A stretch of DNA of 64,000 nucleotides from Candidatus Hodarchaeota archaeon (GTDB lineage: Archaea; Asgardarchaeota; Lokiarchaeia; Sigyniarchaeales; SOKP01), in contig JBHLJY010000006.1 of the NCBI GenBank assembly GCA_048887225.1, forward strand, positions 1 to 64,000, written 5' to 3'. The translations under genes and the position numbers were made by a program. The notes below the pieces were generated by a model. The model was not told the DNA's origin and did no database searches. It saw only the letters and a list, made by a program, of their open reading frames with translations. Of the stretch, positions 18,298 through 28,665 are shown in pieces. Position 1 is the stretch's first letter. Each line of letters starts with the position of its first letter.

Positions 18298-18359
18298 TTT
18301 CTTGTGAAGCAATGTATTACACCTGTCCAATACTATTTGAGTATTATCTCGAAATGTCA
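18298..18359. repeat. Right copy of imperfect direct repeat (TatD-like remnant on minus strand)
   Basis: TTTCTTGTGAAGCAATGTATTACACCTGTCCAATACTATTTGAGTATTA; minus frame reads FEIILK*YWTGVIHCFTRK; begins just after the feoB stop (18294). Confidence 0.9.
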
Positions 18360-18398
18360 AAAAAAAAATATGGGATATCTTTTTTTAATTGATTTAAA

Positions 18399-19322
18399 CT
18401 AAAAAAAATTGTTAAGAATTAACTGTTCCTTAAATCTCTTAAGTCTTTTTTTTGCTAATTTAATATATTTAGGTGAAATTTCATATCCAATATAACGACG
18501 CTTAAGTTTTAGAGCTGCTATAGCTGTAGTGCCAGAACCAATAAAAGGATCTAATATTATATCGCCTTGATAAGAGTAAAATTCAATCAATCGTAAGGGT
18601 AATTCTTCTGGAAATGGTGCTGGATGGCCAATTTTCTTGGCGGAATCTGCGGAAAATTTCCAAATGGATTTTGACCATTCAATGAAAGCTTCTTTATTTA
18701 TCGAATCAATCTTATTTCCTTTTTCAAGTTTATTTGTAAGCTTTGAAAATATTAGAATATATTCGTGAATATCTCTAAGACATGGATTACTTGCTGATGC
18801 AAACGAGCCCCATGCCGTAGAGACTCCTGCAGAAGCTCCTTTATTCCAAATTATTTCTCCTCGCATGTGAAAGCCAATTTTTTGCATTATTTCAATAACA
18901 TATGCATGAAGCGGAATATACGGTTTACGCCCTACATTTGCTATATTAATTGCCGCTCTACCTCCAGGAACTAGAACTCGCCACGTTTCTTTAAAAACGT
19001 CCTCAAGCAGACTTAAATATTCTACAAGTGTTAAATTATCATCATAATCCTTTCCAACACTATAAGGTGGACTAGTAATCATTAGATGAATAGAATTATC
19101 AGGAATAAAATCCATATTTCGGCTATCCCCTAATATTATGCTGTCTAATTTATTAGGAGGAATAAATTTCGAATTATCAATATACTTAACTTTCTTTGGT
19201 CTAATAACATCTTTGTATAGATTAGAACTATAAAATTGAGAAGAGTCATGACATTCTCTTTTCGATACTCCAAAAGAACTAGTTTTTGAGCCTTTATCGG
19301 AAGGCTCATTTTTATTTCCCAT
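18399..19322 (-). CDS. Orphan beta-class amino-DNA methyltransferase (probably m4C)
   Basis: TSPPY precedes HPAPFP and DPFIGSGTT; no neighbouring endonuclease. Confidence 0.9.
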   Translation of the reverse strand: MGNKNEPSDKGSKTSSFGVSKRECHDSSQFYSSNLYKDVIRPKKVKYIDNSKFIPPNKLDSIILGDSRNMDFIPDNSIHLMITSPPYSVGKDYDDNLTLVEYLSLLEDVFKETWRVLVPGGRAAINIANVGRKPYIPLHAYVIEIMQKIGFHMRGEIIWNKGASAGVSTAWGSFASASNPCLRDIHEYILIFSKLTNKLEKGNKIDSINKEAFIEWSKSIWKFSADSAKKIGHPAPFPEELPLRLIEFYSYQGDIILDPFIGSGTTAIAALKLKRRYIGYEISPKYIKLAKKRLKRFKEQLILNNFF

Positions 19323-19423
19323 TATTATAAAAATAGTAAAAAAACAATATAAAGCTCTTTAAGCATTGGTTGTTAAAAAGGTCACATGTATTTAAAATTA
19401 ATCTTATATTCTAATTTAAAATA

Positions 19424-19717
19424 TTATTTAATAATTTTTACTTTTTGCCCAAGAGCTTGACCAGGAACACCCGCTTTTTTGAAATGAGCTCTAACTGCAC
19501 CATTATTTCCGTGAGCACGATTAATTACACCTCTTAATTCTTTACCGGTTGGAGTTACCCATACAATTGTTCTACCTATCAGTTTATTTGCTTCTTTTCT
19601 TGTTTTAATGTTTGGGAAGATCAAGATGCAGTGTTTAGGGTGTAATGTATGACGGCCTCGTCTATAATTTGCAATAACTCCTTCCATACCTAATAATTTT
19701 AATTTGTTTGATGCCAT
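19424..19717 (-). CDS. rpl35ae: 50S ribosomal protein L35Ae (eL33)
   Basis: GVIANYRRGRHT, LIGRTIVW, RAHGNNGAVRAHF, PGQALG. Confidence 0.93.
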   Translation of the reverse strand: MASNKLKLLGMEGVIANYRRGRHTLHPKHCILIFPNIKTRKEANKLIGRTIVWVTPTGKELRGVINRAHGNNGAVRAHFKKAGVPGQALGQKVKIIK

Positions 19718-19863
19718 ATAGAAAAACCTAGAACAATTCGTTTTTAACCTTAAAATGTAGTGAGCAAAATATAGGAAAAAATAAAAAATTTTGCCTTTTG
19801 AGAAATTCCTAATTTCTTAATAAGAAGATACTTAATATCCTCTATTATAAGTAATTTAAGACG

Positions 19864-21192
19864 CTACGCCTTTTTGTGGATTTCATTTTTTTGCTCAACT
19901 ATAATTTTTTTTTTCTTGATAAATATAATAGAGATAACGAATATAATACCTATAACTATAAAAATCAAAAGTATTGTTCCAAAAGGAATTCCCTCGTCTC
20001 CAAAGTCAATATCAAGATCTTCATCCTCCTCAGAAATAACATTGGCTGGGGGAGTCCAATGGAATAAGTATACTTTATTATCTGTGCTGCCAACTACAAA
20101 GTATTTGCCATTAGAAGAAATTGCTACGGTGGTGACGTTCCCTTGAGTTGGGTAATACCATAAATGTTGATTTTTAGATTTATCATATAAATACGTCTTG
20201 TTATTAACACTTCCTACAATTATGTGTTCTCCATTGGAAGAAATAGCAACAGAAGTTATCGTATCTTCGACTTCATAAGTCTTGATTGGAATACTGTTTG
20301 ATCTTTCAAATAGATAAGTTTTATTATCGCTACTTCCAGCTACGATATAATTTCCATCTGAAGAGATTGCCACTTTCAATACGTCTCCTTTAGTTTTATA
20401 TCTCCATTCTGGAAATGACCAAGAGTTTTTAAAAAGATAAACGTAATCGTCATTACTTCCAGCTACGATATAATTTCCATCGGAAGAGATTGAAACACTA
20501 TTCACATCACCATTAGTTGTAAAATTCCAATTATTTTCCGGTAAATTAACATAAAAAAGAGTAATTTTGTCATTGTTACTTCCCGATACAATGTAAGTAC
20601 CATCTGAAGAGATTGCTACGGAATTCACCTCATCATCCATAGTAAAGTTCCAAACTGGTGTAGAACTCGAATTTTTAAGAACTGTTATTATGTTATTTCT
20701 ACTACTTGCAATTATATAATTCCCATCAGATGAGATCGCTACAGAATTTACGTTATCTCCCATTGTATAATTCCATTTTGGTTTAGAATCAGAAACATTA
20801 TTAAATAAGTATATGTGATTATCATTGCTTCCTGCTAAAACATAAAAAATATCTGATGAGATTGCCACTGAACCTACTGCATTTCCAGTTGTATAATTCC
20901 ACATTGGAATCTTGGATGTAGAGCTTGAATAATTAAATAGATAAGTTTGATTATCTTTACTTCCAGCAATAATATATTTTCCATCAGAAGATATAGCAAC
21001 TGAATTTACATCATCTCCAGTAGTATAATTCCAAATAAGTGAAGTTGCTGAATGTTTTGGAATTAGAAACTGGGCTTTATATTGACTAAAACCATTTTTT
21101 TGATATATATAAATTGGGTGTGAACTAAAAAGAACACCTGAAAAAATAATTATCATTGAAAAAATAAAACCAAAAATACCAGCTTTTCTCAT
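19864..21192 (-). CDS. Membrane-anchored WD40/PQQ-like beta-propeller surface protein
   Basis: N-terminal signal/TM; ~8 repeats WNYT...V.SVAISSDG.YIVAGS.D...YLF; acidic linker; C-terminal TM and KKKK. Confidence 0.85.
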   Translation of the reverse strand: MRKAGIFGFIFSMIIIFSGVLFSSHPIYIYQKNGFSQYKAQFLIPKHSATSLIWNYTTGDDVNSVAISSDGKYIIAGSKDNQTYLFNYSSSTSKIPMWNYTTGNAVGSVAISSDIFYVLAGSNDNHIYLFNNVSDSKPKWNYTMGDNVNSVAISSDGNYIIASSRNNIITVLKNSSSTPVWNFTMDDEVNSVAISSDGTYIVSGSNNDKITLFYVNLPENNWNFTTNGDVNSVSISSDGNYIVAGSNDDYVYLFKNSWSFPEWRYKTKGDVLKVAISSDGNYIVAGSSDNKTYLFERSNSIPIKTYEVEDTITSVAISSNGEHIIVGSVNNKTYLYDKSKNQHLWYYPTQGNVTTVAISSNGKYFVVGSTDNKVYLFHWTPPANVISEEDEDLDIDFGDEGIPFGTILLIFIVIGIIFVISIIFIKKKKIIVEQKNEIHKKA

Positions 21193-21251
21193 AGATTTTA
21201 GAAAAATTCTGTATTAATTATAGAAAAAGAATTATATTATTAAATATCATA

Positions 21252-22457
21252 TTAATTTTCTATCATTTCAGACGTTTTACTCCACGCTTTAAAATTTAAC
21301 TCTTGGATTCTTTCATAAAATTCTTGAGACGTTAATTTATTATCGTCTATTATAACATCTTGTAGTTGATTGATTAACTGATTTTCAGAATCTTTGAGCT
21401 TTTTAATATATTTTTCTCGCTCCGATTTTCTATTAAAACCTTGATGGCTTCTTAAAAAAGATGTATGTTTGCTCCAAATCCATTCAGGATTAACTTTTGG
21501 GTATGGTCCAGGCTTTAAAACTCGTTGATCTTTAACAGGAAAAATATATGGTTTATAAATACTCATACAGGGAAGAGTAGTTCCTGTGAACCAATGAATC
21601 GATTTATTCTTTTCTTTTCTTAAATGTGAAACTTGGGAGCCAGTTGATTCAAATCCCCCGTGCATACAAATTCCTGCCTCGTGTTCTCTCAGGAATTGCA
21701 TCATCATTTTATGTGTGATATCTCCCGTATTTTTATTCAATAATATAGCAGATTTTCCCCCTCTTGAATAAGGTGAAGGTTTATCAGATATAAAGTCCCT
21801 TGAAAATGTTATAGCAAAATCAAAACTATTATCATCTTTGCAATATCCTTTTTCAATAGCATATTGTATTATGCCTTTCCGTCGATAGTCACCTTTTCCT
21901 CTAATTGAAATCTCATTTGAAATTGATCTTACATTTTTAACTTTTTCAGCAATCCACCAATCGTCAGCAGTTTCTAAAACATATGCTTCCTCATGATCTG
22001 CCATTATAAATGAATTATGGTACATCCAGCTTGGATCATCGTAAGCACAACTTCCCCCTTGATGATGCTTTTCTAATAGTTCTGTTATAACACCCATTGA
22101 TTCCTTCGCTGTTTTTCCTCGTTCAAGTCCTAATCTTAAGAGATCCATGCCTAAAAGACCAGTTCTCCTTAAAGGCTCATATGTACGTACGGCTTCATTC
22201 CCAATTACAACCCCGTATTCATTTGCTCCCATTTCAGAGCCCCACATCCAAAAAGGTTGACTTAATAAAACAGCAGCGGTCTCAGAAGCTTGGGGGATTG
22301 TAATATATGTACATTTTACTACTTCGCTTTTTGAATACTTTGCTCTAGGAATAAATGTAATTAATTGGGCTTCAGTTAGTGGTCTATCGCTGTTTTTTCC
22401 AAATATAACACTTCCATCTGAAGTTGAATTCCCTAAGGCTACGAGAGTGTCACACAA
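21252..22457 (-). CDS. Peptidase C69 / secernin family Ntn-hydrolase
   Basis: N-terminal MCDT, GKNSDR, WMWGSEMGANEYGVVIGNEA, LLGMDLLRLGLERG. Confidence 0.9.
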   Translation of the reverse strand: MCDTLVALGNSTSDGSVIFGKNSDRPLTEAQLITFIPRAKYSKSEVVKCTYITIPQASETAAVLLSQPFWMWGSEMGANEYGVVIGNEAVRTYEPLRRTGLLGMDLLRLGLERGKTAKESMGVITELLEKHHQGGSCAYDDPSWMYHNSFIMADHEEAYVLETADDWWIAEKVKNVRSISNEISIRGKGDYRRKGIIQYAIEKGYCKDDNSFDFAITFSRDFISDKPSPYSRGGKSAILLNKNTGDITHKMMMQFLREHEAGICMHGGFESTGSQVSHLRKEKNKSIHWFTGTTLPCMSIYKPYIFPVKDQRVLKPGPYPKVNPEWIWSKHTSFLRSHQGFNRKSEREKYIKKLKDSENQLINQLQDVIIDDNKLTSQEFYERIQELNFKAWSKTSEMIEN

Positions 22458-23648
22458 TTAGGTTATCACCTCTTTAGATTTTATCCAAGCCTCCTCATTT
22501 ATAGATTTTATCTGCATAATATAATCATTAGTAGATATTTGATCTCCTTTTGAGATTGTATTATCGACTTTAACTATGAGATCCTGTTCTATAATTCTTA
22601 ATTTTTTAATATAATCCTCTCGCTCGAGTTTTACTTTATTAGGATTTCTAATGAAAGGTTTAACAAAATCCTTATGTCTGTTCCAAAACCAATCAAGATT
22701 AATTTCTGGATATGGTTTTGCTTCTAGAACCCTTTGACCTTCAATTGGGAATATATATGGCTTAAATATACTTAAACATGTCAGAGAACTTCCTGTAAAC
22801 CAATGAATAGATCTTTCCACTTTACTTTTAAGAGAAGAAACCATCGATCCAGCCGTAAAATCATTACGTCTATGCCTGCATATAATTCCTTCATGCTCTC
22901 TTAAGTTTTCCATCATAGTAGCAGGAGTTATTTGGCCATTATTTTCACTTAATTGCCCCATCGAACATTTTATATGATTTGGTAATGGCTGTGGACTTGA
23001 AAATGTAATGGCAAAATCAAAGTCATTATCATCTTTACAATATCCATTTTCAATTGCATGCTGAATTATATTATCTCGTCTAAAATCTCCTTTCCCTCTT
23101 ATAGAAATATCGTTAGAAATCGACCTAAAATTTTTTACGTTCTCTACAATCCACCAATCTCCAGCCATTTCTATTATATACGCATTTTGAGGGTCGGCAA
23201 TAATCATGGAATTATGATAATTAGTACCAGATTGGTGATGAGCACCCCCCTGACCAAATTTTTCTAACAAATCAATTACAACGTCTAATGCTTCTTTTGC
23301 GGTTTTTCCTCTTTCTAATCCCAATCTTACAATGTCCATACCTAATAAGCCTGTGTCTTTAAGGGGCTCTTTAGTAGCAATTGCTTCATTCCCTATTACT
23401 ACACCATATTCATTAGCACCCATTTCTGCACCCCAGATCCAGAATGGTTGGCTTAATATAACTGCTGCTGTTTCAGTGACTTGTGGAATTGAAATATGAG
23501 TGGTTTTAAGGTCATCTCCTTTTGAATATCGCATTCGAGGATTATAAGTAATTAATTGAACTTCATCAAAAAGTCTATCACTATTTTTTCCAAAAATAAT
23601 ATTCCCATATTTAGTTGAATTCCCTAAAGCAATATAAGTATCGCACAT
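22458..23648 (-). CDS. Peptidase C69 / secernin family Ntn-hydrolase (tandem paralog)
   Basis: MCDT, GKNSDR, WGAEMGANEYGVVIGNEA; its stop abuts the TTG of the next paralog. Confidence 0.9.
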   Translation of the reverse strand: MCDTYIALGNSTKYGNIIFGKNSDRLFDEVQLITYNPRMRYSKGDDLKTTHISIPQVTETAAVILSQPFWIWGAEMGANEYGVVIGNEAIATKEPLKDTGLLGMDIVRLGLERGKTAKEALDVVIDLLEKFGQGGAHHQSGTNYHNSMIIADPQNAYIIEMAGDWWIVENVKNFRSISNDISIRGKGDFRRDNIIQHAIENGYCKDDNDFDFAITFSSPQPLPNHIKCSMGQLSENNGQITPATMMENLREHEGIICRHRRNDFTAGSMVSSLKSKVERSIHWFTGSSLTCLSIFKPYIFPIEGQRVLEAKPYPEINLDWFWNRHKDFVKPFIRNPNKVKLEREDYIKKLRIIEQDLIVKVDNTISKGDQISTNDYIMQIKSINEEAWIKSKEVIT

Positions 23649-23883
23649 AATCCTAAATAATTTCTATTTTATAATTCAAAATTTATTCTATTAAAAAATT
23701 CATTCTTTTTTAAAAAAAAGAAAGCGTATAATGTTAATCACATTTTTATGTTGATTTTTGTCGTAATTACCACAAATATATAGATGGTTAATTAACTTTT
23801 AATATATTAAATTTATTAAAGAACTTGAGTCAACTATTATATAATAATATAAATTTTTACCTTTTTTTGGAATTTCTTAAAAA

Positions 23884-25716
23884 TTGCCAAAAAAACGAGC
23901 CAATTTGATTAGTAATAAAAAAAAAGTTTGGATCTTTACATTTGAATACGCTGGTATTGCTAAGGTTGGAGGCCTTGGTGAAGTACCAGCAAATCAAGCA
24001 AAAAATTTAATAGAACAATTCGACCTCACTGTTTTTTTACCTTCTCATGGACAACTCGAAAGATTAGAGAAAATAAAAGAGATTATTAGAATACCATTTA
24101 ATTGTGTAGGACAACTAGATCTTTCATTATTTGGTATAAATGAACCGATAAGTAGTTATGAAGTTGCTTTTTATAAGGTAAAATTAAATGGAATAGATAT
24201 TATTTTATTATCGGGGGGAAATTCATTTGCAAGAAAATACTTGGATGATAAAATTGTATATAATCCAGATACTTTTGCTGGAAAATTATGCCTCTTTAGT
24301 ATTGGAATTCGATGCTTAGTTGAATACTTAATTGATCATAAAGAAGATTTACCTGATATTATACATATGCATGATTTTCATGTCGTAATACCATTCATAG
24401 GAATTAAACAAGAATTAATTAAACACGGTTTAGACGTTGCATCAATAATTACAATCCATTTATTAACATGGCCAAGATACAATATTGATTTTTATTATGC
24501 GTGTGGCATTGATGACACCCCTCTTAAAATTTTTATGAAAGAGGGATTTAAGTTAATGTCTTTTAAAGAAATTTTTGCTCTCTGTGAAGACATTAAGGGA
24601 ATTCATCCACCAACCGTCGAAAAAATTGGCGCTGTTATTAGCGATTTGGTAACGACAGTAAGTCAATCGTATTTGAAATCTGATATTATCCCAAATTTAG
24701 GTCAAGATTTAATAGAATTTAAGTCTAATTTCATATGGGATGGGTGTGATTGGGAATATGATGATATATGGCAAATAATATTCAACACTTTAGGAGCTGA
24801 AATGCGTCAAGTATTGAGTATTTCAAATGAATCTACAATAACTCGAAAAGACATGAAAAAATATTTACTAAATTATAAAATCGGTCACTTAAGTCAGAGT
24901 CCATTAATTAGTTCAGAAAATGTCATTAATGTTATAGAGGGGATTTCTGAAGGAAATCCTTATATAAAAAATGGAAATGTAAAATCTTTTTCTGAGACTG
25001 GTCCATTATTAATCACAACTGGAAGAATATCGAAACAAAAGGGATTTGAAACGATTTTAGAAGCAATTCCTAAAGTTACAAGAGTAATTCCTGAAGCAAA
25101 ATTTTTATTACTTCTCTTGCCTACTGATTATAGTCTAAATGAAATAAGAACATACGCTAATTATATTAAACTATATCCAGAAAACTTAAGAATAATATTT
25201 GGTTTAGCTGCTGAAATTTTTTACCTAGCTCATATTGCTGCTGATGTTTATTGCGCATTATCTAGATGGGAACCGTTTGGCATAATTGCTTTAGAGGCAA
25301 TGGCCTCAAAACTCCCAATAATTGCAACTAAGGTTGGAGGTCTACAAGAATCTGTTATTGATATAAGATCGGACCTCGAAAACGGTACTGGCATGTTAAT
25401 TGAAAAAGATAATACTTCTCAATTTGCAGATGCCTTAATTTCTTTATTTTTATTAGCCGAAATTTCTGAAAAAGTTAAAAATGGAATGTCTATTTACGAT
25501 CCAGAAATAATGCTATTGGTTAATCAAATTCCAGACCAAATATCGAAATCTCAAGTCTTAATTGAACCAAATTATTACGATAAAATAAAGGAGAATTGTT
25601 ATAGGCAAGTAAACAATAATTTTAGATGGCATGTTGTTTCTAAAAAATTAGTAAATTTATACAATCAGGTTATGAATCTACATCAGAATGCCAAAAAGGA
25701 TATAAATTTTGAATAA
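23884..25716 (+). CDS. glgA: Glycogen/starch synthase (GT5)
   Basis: KVGGLGEV, HMHDFH, GRISKQKG, SRWEPFGIIALEAMA, VGGLQES. Confidence 0.85.
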   Translation: MPKKRANLISNKKKVWIFTFEYAGIAKVGGLGEVPANQAKNLIEQFDLTVFLPSHGQLERLEKIKEIIRIPFNCVGQLDLSLFGINEPISSYEVAFYKVKLNGIDIILLSGGNSFARKYLDDKIVYNPDTFAGKLCLFSIGIRCLVEYLIDHKEDLPDIIHMHDFHVVIPFIGIKQELIKHGLDVASIITIHLLTWPRYNIDFYYACGIDDTPLKIFMKEGFKLMSFKEIFALCEDIKGIHPPTVEKIGAVISDLVTTVSQSYLKSDIIPNLGQDLIEFKSNFIWDGCDWEYDDIWQIIFNTLGAEMRQVLSISNESTITRKDMKKYLLNYKIGHLSQSPLISSENVINVIEGISEGNPYIKNGNVKSFSETGPLLITTGRISKQKGFETILEAIPKVTRVIPEAKFLLLLLPTDYSLNEIRTYANYIKLYPENLRIIFGLAAEIFYLAHIAADVYCALSRWEPFGIIALEAMASKLPIIATKVGGLQESVIDIRSDLENGTGMLIEKDNTSQFADALISLFLLAEISEKVKNGMSIYDPEIMLLVNQIPDQISKSQVLIEPNYYDKIKENCYRQVNNNFRWHVVSKKLVNLYNQVMNLHQNAKKDINFE

Positions 25717-27691
25717 TTGCATTATTTTTATCTGGAACGATTTCTAACTCCTTTCTAATCCATTCAGATATCCATTGATATTTGTCTTTAAATCTCCTAT
25801 CCATAAAAATTAACGCACCTTTATCTGATATTTTTCTTATCGGACGACCGCCCGCTTGATTTGCCCTTTGAATAGCGGGATAAAGGTAGCCAAGATCCCA
25901 TCCTTGTTTGTTAAAGACTTTATCATAATAATCAATTTTCGCTTGAACTCGGGGGGTGGGTAGGTGATAAGGAAAACCCGCGATTATGACAGAATTCATG
26001 AAATCTCCGGGATAATCTTCGCCCTCTGAATTTCTTCCACCGCATACCCCTAACAACACAGCACCATTATTTTCATCTAATGACATTGATTTAAAATTAT
26101 TAATCATAGACGCATTTTCGGATGCAGAAAAGCCAGGTTCTTCAATGAATAACTCTTTTTTATTTTTCCGAACTATAGAATCAAGCCCATTAGTATATAA
26201 TCCTTTTAGAATTTTATATGAAGCACAGAAGATACCAATATTTCCTGGTGTAGAAAATAATACTTCATTTATCTTATTATTAATCTTTTTAAACATTACT
26301 GGCGTTCTATTTTCTCTTTTAGTATCAACTCCTTCAGTTATAATTGCTTTAATGTTTTTTTTCATGAAAGGTGAGTCTGCAATAATACCCTTATAACTTT
26401 TACCACTCTCTTGTAATCCCATTAATTTATTAAATACATAAGGATTTACAGTTCCTGAAAGATTTAAACATGTGTAACAATTTTTGTATATAGGGATGGA
26501 GATTTCTCTTGGATCCAACGCTAAAATTTCCAGAGCAATATTTTTTTTTTCTTTTTTCTCCTGTATTTTATAACAAAAGAAGTAGCTGTCTAAAAAATAA
26601 GTTTTAATCCATTTAAGCCAAAATTCTGCTAATGATCCTACATAATCGCGTGAAATTTCACCATTCGCTATTTTCTCTTCGTGAATTGAAATACTAAATT
26701 CATGTAGCTCTCTAATAAAATTTTTAAATTTGTTTAAATCAGCAAATCCAAGTTTTTTATATATCAATTCTAAAAAAATATTTGATGACATTGCCTTTTC
26801 TTTAACTCTGAGTGTTTCTTTTTTATTATTCAAATGATCCATTAATATATTGATAAAACTCTGCATTAAAATAGGAGATTGATACATTTCTAAATCTCTT
26901 AAACACAATTTTAAAGAATAGGGAGTAATTCTGTCCGAATTTACTTCGGTTGCTACATCTATGATATTATGACATTCATCAATAACTAAAATACATTTTT
27001 TAAATTCACGACCAATAAATTTTAAGAAAGTACTTCTTATGAATGGATTAAAAATCCACTGATAATTACAGATAATTACACTCATTTTTTCTAATAAAAA
27101 TTTACTAAGAAAATATGGGCATAATTTCTTATCTTTACATAATAATATTAGCTCTTCAGCATCAATTGGTTTTTTAAATAATTCTGGGGCAATTAAAACA
27201 GGATTCTCTAATTCCCCTTTTTTTTTTAATAAATTTAAGAAATGAACGCAATTTTTATTATTCCTCAAATCCCTACAGACGGACATTGCTTCTTTTGGAT
27301 TAAGTTTCAATGATAATAGAGTTTCATTCAAACACATTTCATTACGCCCTCTAAGCGAAAGTCCATTTATTTTTACATCATTAAAACCGCTTTTGTTTAG
27401 AAAATGTGAAATTTTTACCAATTCCTTTATTACTATAGCATTTTGCGAATGTGTTCTACAGAGATATATTATTTTTAAATTATTCTCAATTGCAATAGGG
27501 AGAAGAGCACTTAAAGCAATAATAGTTTTTCCTGTTCCATTTGGAGCTAAAAGCAATACAGCTTTTTTTTCACAAGCACTTTTTTCTATTTGCCTTATAA
27601 TATTTTCTTGCGACTCTCTAAATTGATCATATGGAAAAAATTGTAAGTAATTATGAGTAGTCAAAGTTTTAGCTCCAAGCTTTTGATCCAT
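25670..27691 (-). CDS. xpd: XPD/Rad3/DinG family Fe-S DNA helicase
   Basis: APNGTGKT, RTHSQ, four Fe-S Cys (MCLN, VCRD, NCVHF, LCPYF), IDECHN, LSGT, SEGEDY, QAGGRPIR. Confidence 0.9.
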   Translation of the reverse strand: MDQKLGAKTLTTHNYLQFFPYDQFRESQENIIRQIEKSACEKKAVLLLAPNGTGKTIIALSALLPIAIENNLKIIYLCRTHSQNAIVIKELVKISHFLNKSGFNDVKINGLSLRGRNEMCLNETLLSLKLNPKEAMSVCRDLRNNKNCVHFLNLLKKKGELENPVLIAPELFKKPIDAEELILLCKDKKLCPYFLSKFLLEKMSVIICNYQWIFNPFIRSTFLKFIGREFKKCILVIDECHNIIDVATEVNSDRITPYSLKLCLRDLEMYQSPILMQSFINILMDHLNNKKETLRVKEKAMSSNIFLELIYKKLGFADLNKFKNFIRELHEFSISIHEEKIANGEISRDYVGSLAEFWLKWIKTYFLDSYFFCYKIQEKKEKKNIALEILALDPREISIPIYKNCYTCLNLSGTVNPYVFNKLMGLQESGKSYKGIIADSPFMKKNIKAIITEGVDTKRENRTPVMFKKINNKINEVLFSTPGNIGIFCASYKILKGLYTNGLDSIVRKNKKELFIEEPGFSASENASMINNFKSMSLDENNGAVLLGVCGGRNSEGEDYPGDFMNSVIIAGFPYHLPTPRVQAKIDYYDKVFNKQGWDLGYLYPAIQRANQAGGRPIRKISDKGALIFMDRRFKDKYQWISEWIRKELEIVPDKNNAIIQNLYPFWHSDVDS

Positions 27692-27767
27692 AAATATTGA
27701 TGAAATTCAAAATTTATATAAAAGATGACTATAAAAATTTTTTATTAATGGACATTTAATAAAAAAA

Positions 27768-28646
27768 ATGGGTAATAATTATTATTTAAAATTAAAAGAT
27801 ATTTATTCTGAAAGTCTTGTAAGAGATTTAGTTTTATTTTTTTTCCTATTCTTATTAGTTGTTGCTCAAAACTGGGATGATATATTATTATTATTATTTC
27901 CTCTAATAACATTTAGCTTTGCTATATTTTTTAAAATGATTGATATTATTAAGAAAAGGAGCGAGGTTGAAAATAGTCAAATTATTTATAATCCTTTAGG
28001 TAATGAAAGAAAACACGCAAATCGCTTAACTTTTTGTGCTCTATTACAATTAATTTTGTTATTCTGGTTTGGTGCGGAATCACTATATCACCCGCAATTA
28101 GTTGATAATTATTTGATTTATTTCATACCCATTTTCGTATTTTTCTATACTTTTGGCTTTTATTGGATATTTCTTGATTTATGGAAATACAGCAGAATTG
28201 AGATCATAACAGATGGTATAGAAATTAATGCGGATCAAAAGGTATCTAAAAATTTAGATAATGTAATATCATTCCTTAAACTAAAAAATTTTAAAGTAAT
28301 ATCATTGATTAATTTCTTAGTTTTTTTAATCCTAAACTTGTTAAATTTGCTCTTCACGATATTAATTGTCCTCGATTTTATGCCAGGTATAAAACATACC
28401 TTACCAGGTTCTGGAATTGAAGGATCAGATCCTATAAGCATTTCAATATTTATTTATGGAATTATAAGTATATCGCCATTATTATCTATAATCTTTCTGC
28501 TATTAAATTACAGAGATATAAACGACATTAATAAAGAAAAATTTAACAACGTCCTAAATACTTTACCTAAAGATGTCCAAAATAAAATAATTGAAAATCT
28601 TATAACATTGAACAAAAAACTAAAATTTAAATTAAGATTGGAATAA
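27768..28646 (+). CDS. Hypothetical multi-pass membrane protein
   Basis: 292-aa ORF with ~6 hydrophobic segments; 19 bp upstream of the small GTPase. Confidence 0.7.
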   Translation: MGNNYYLKLKDIYSESLVRDLVLFFFLFLLVVAQNWDDILLLLFPLITFSFAIFFKMIDIIKKRSEVENSQIIYNPLGNERKHANRLTFCALLQLILLFWFGAESLYHPQLVDNYLIYFIPIFVFFYTFGFYWIFLDLWKYSRIEIITDGIEINADQKVSKNLDNVISFLKLKNFKVISLINFLVFLILNLLNLLFTILIVLDFMPGIKHTLPGSGIEGSDPISISIFIYGIISISPLLSIIFLLLNYRDINDINKEKFNNVLNTLPKDVQNKIIENLITLNKKLKFKLRLE

Positions 28647-28665
28647 ATTATTTATAAGAGAAAAA

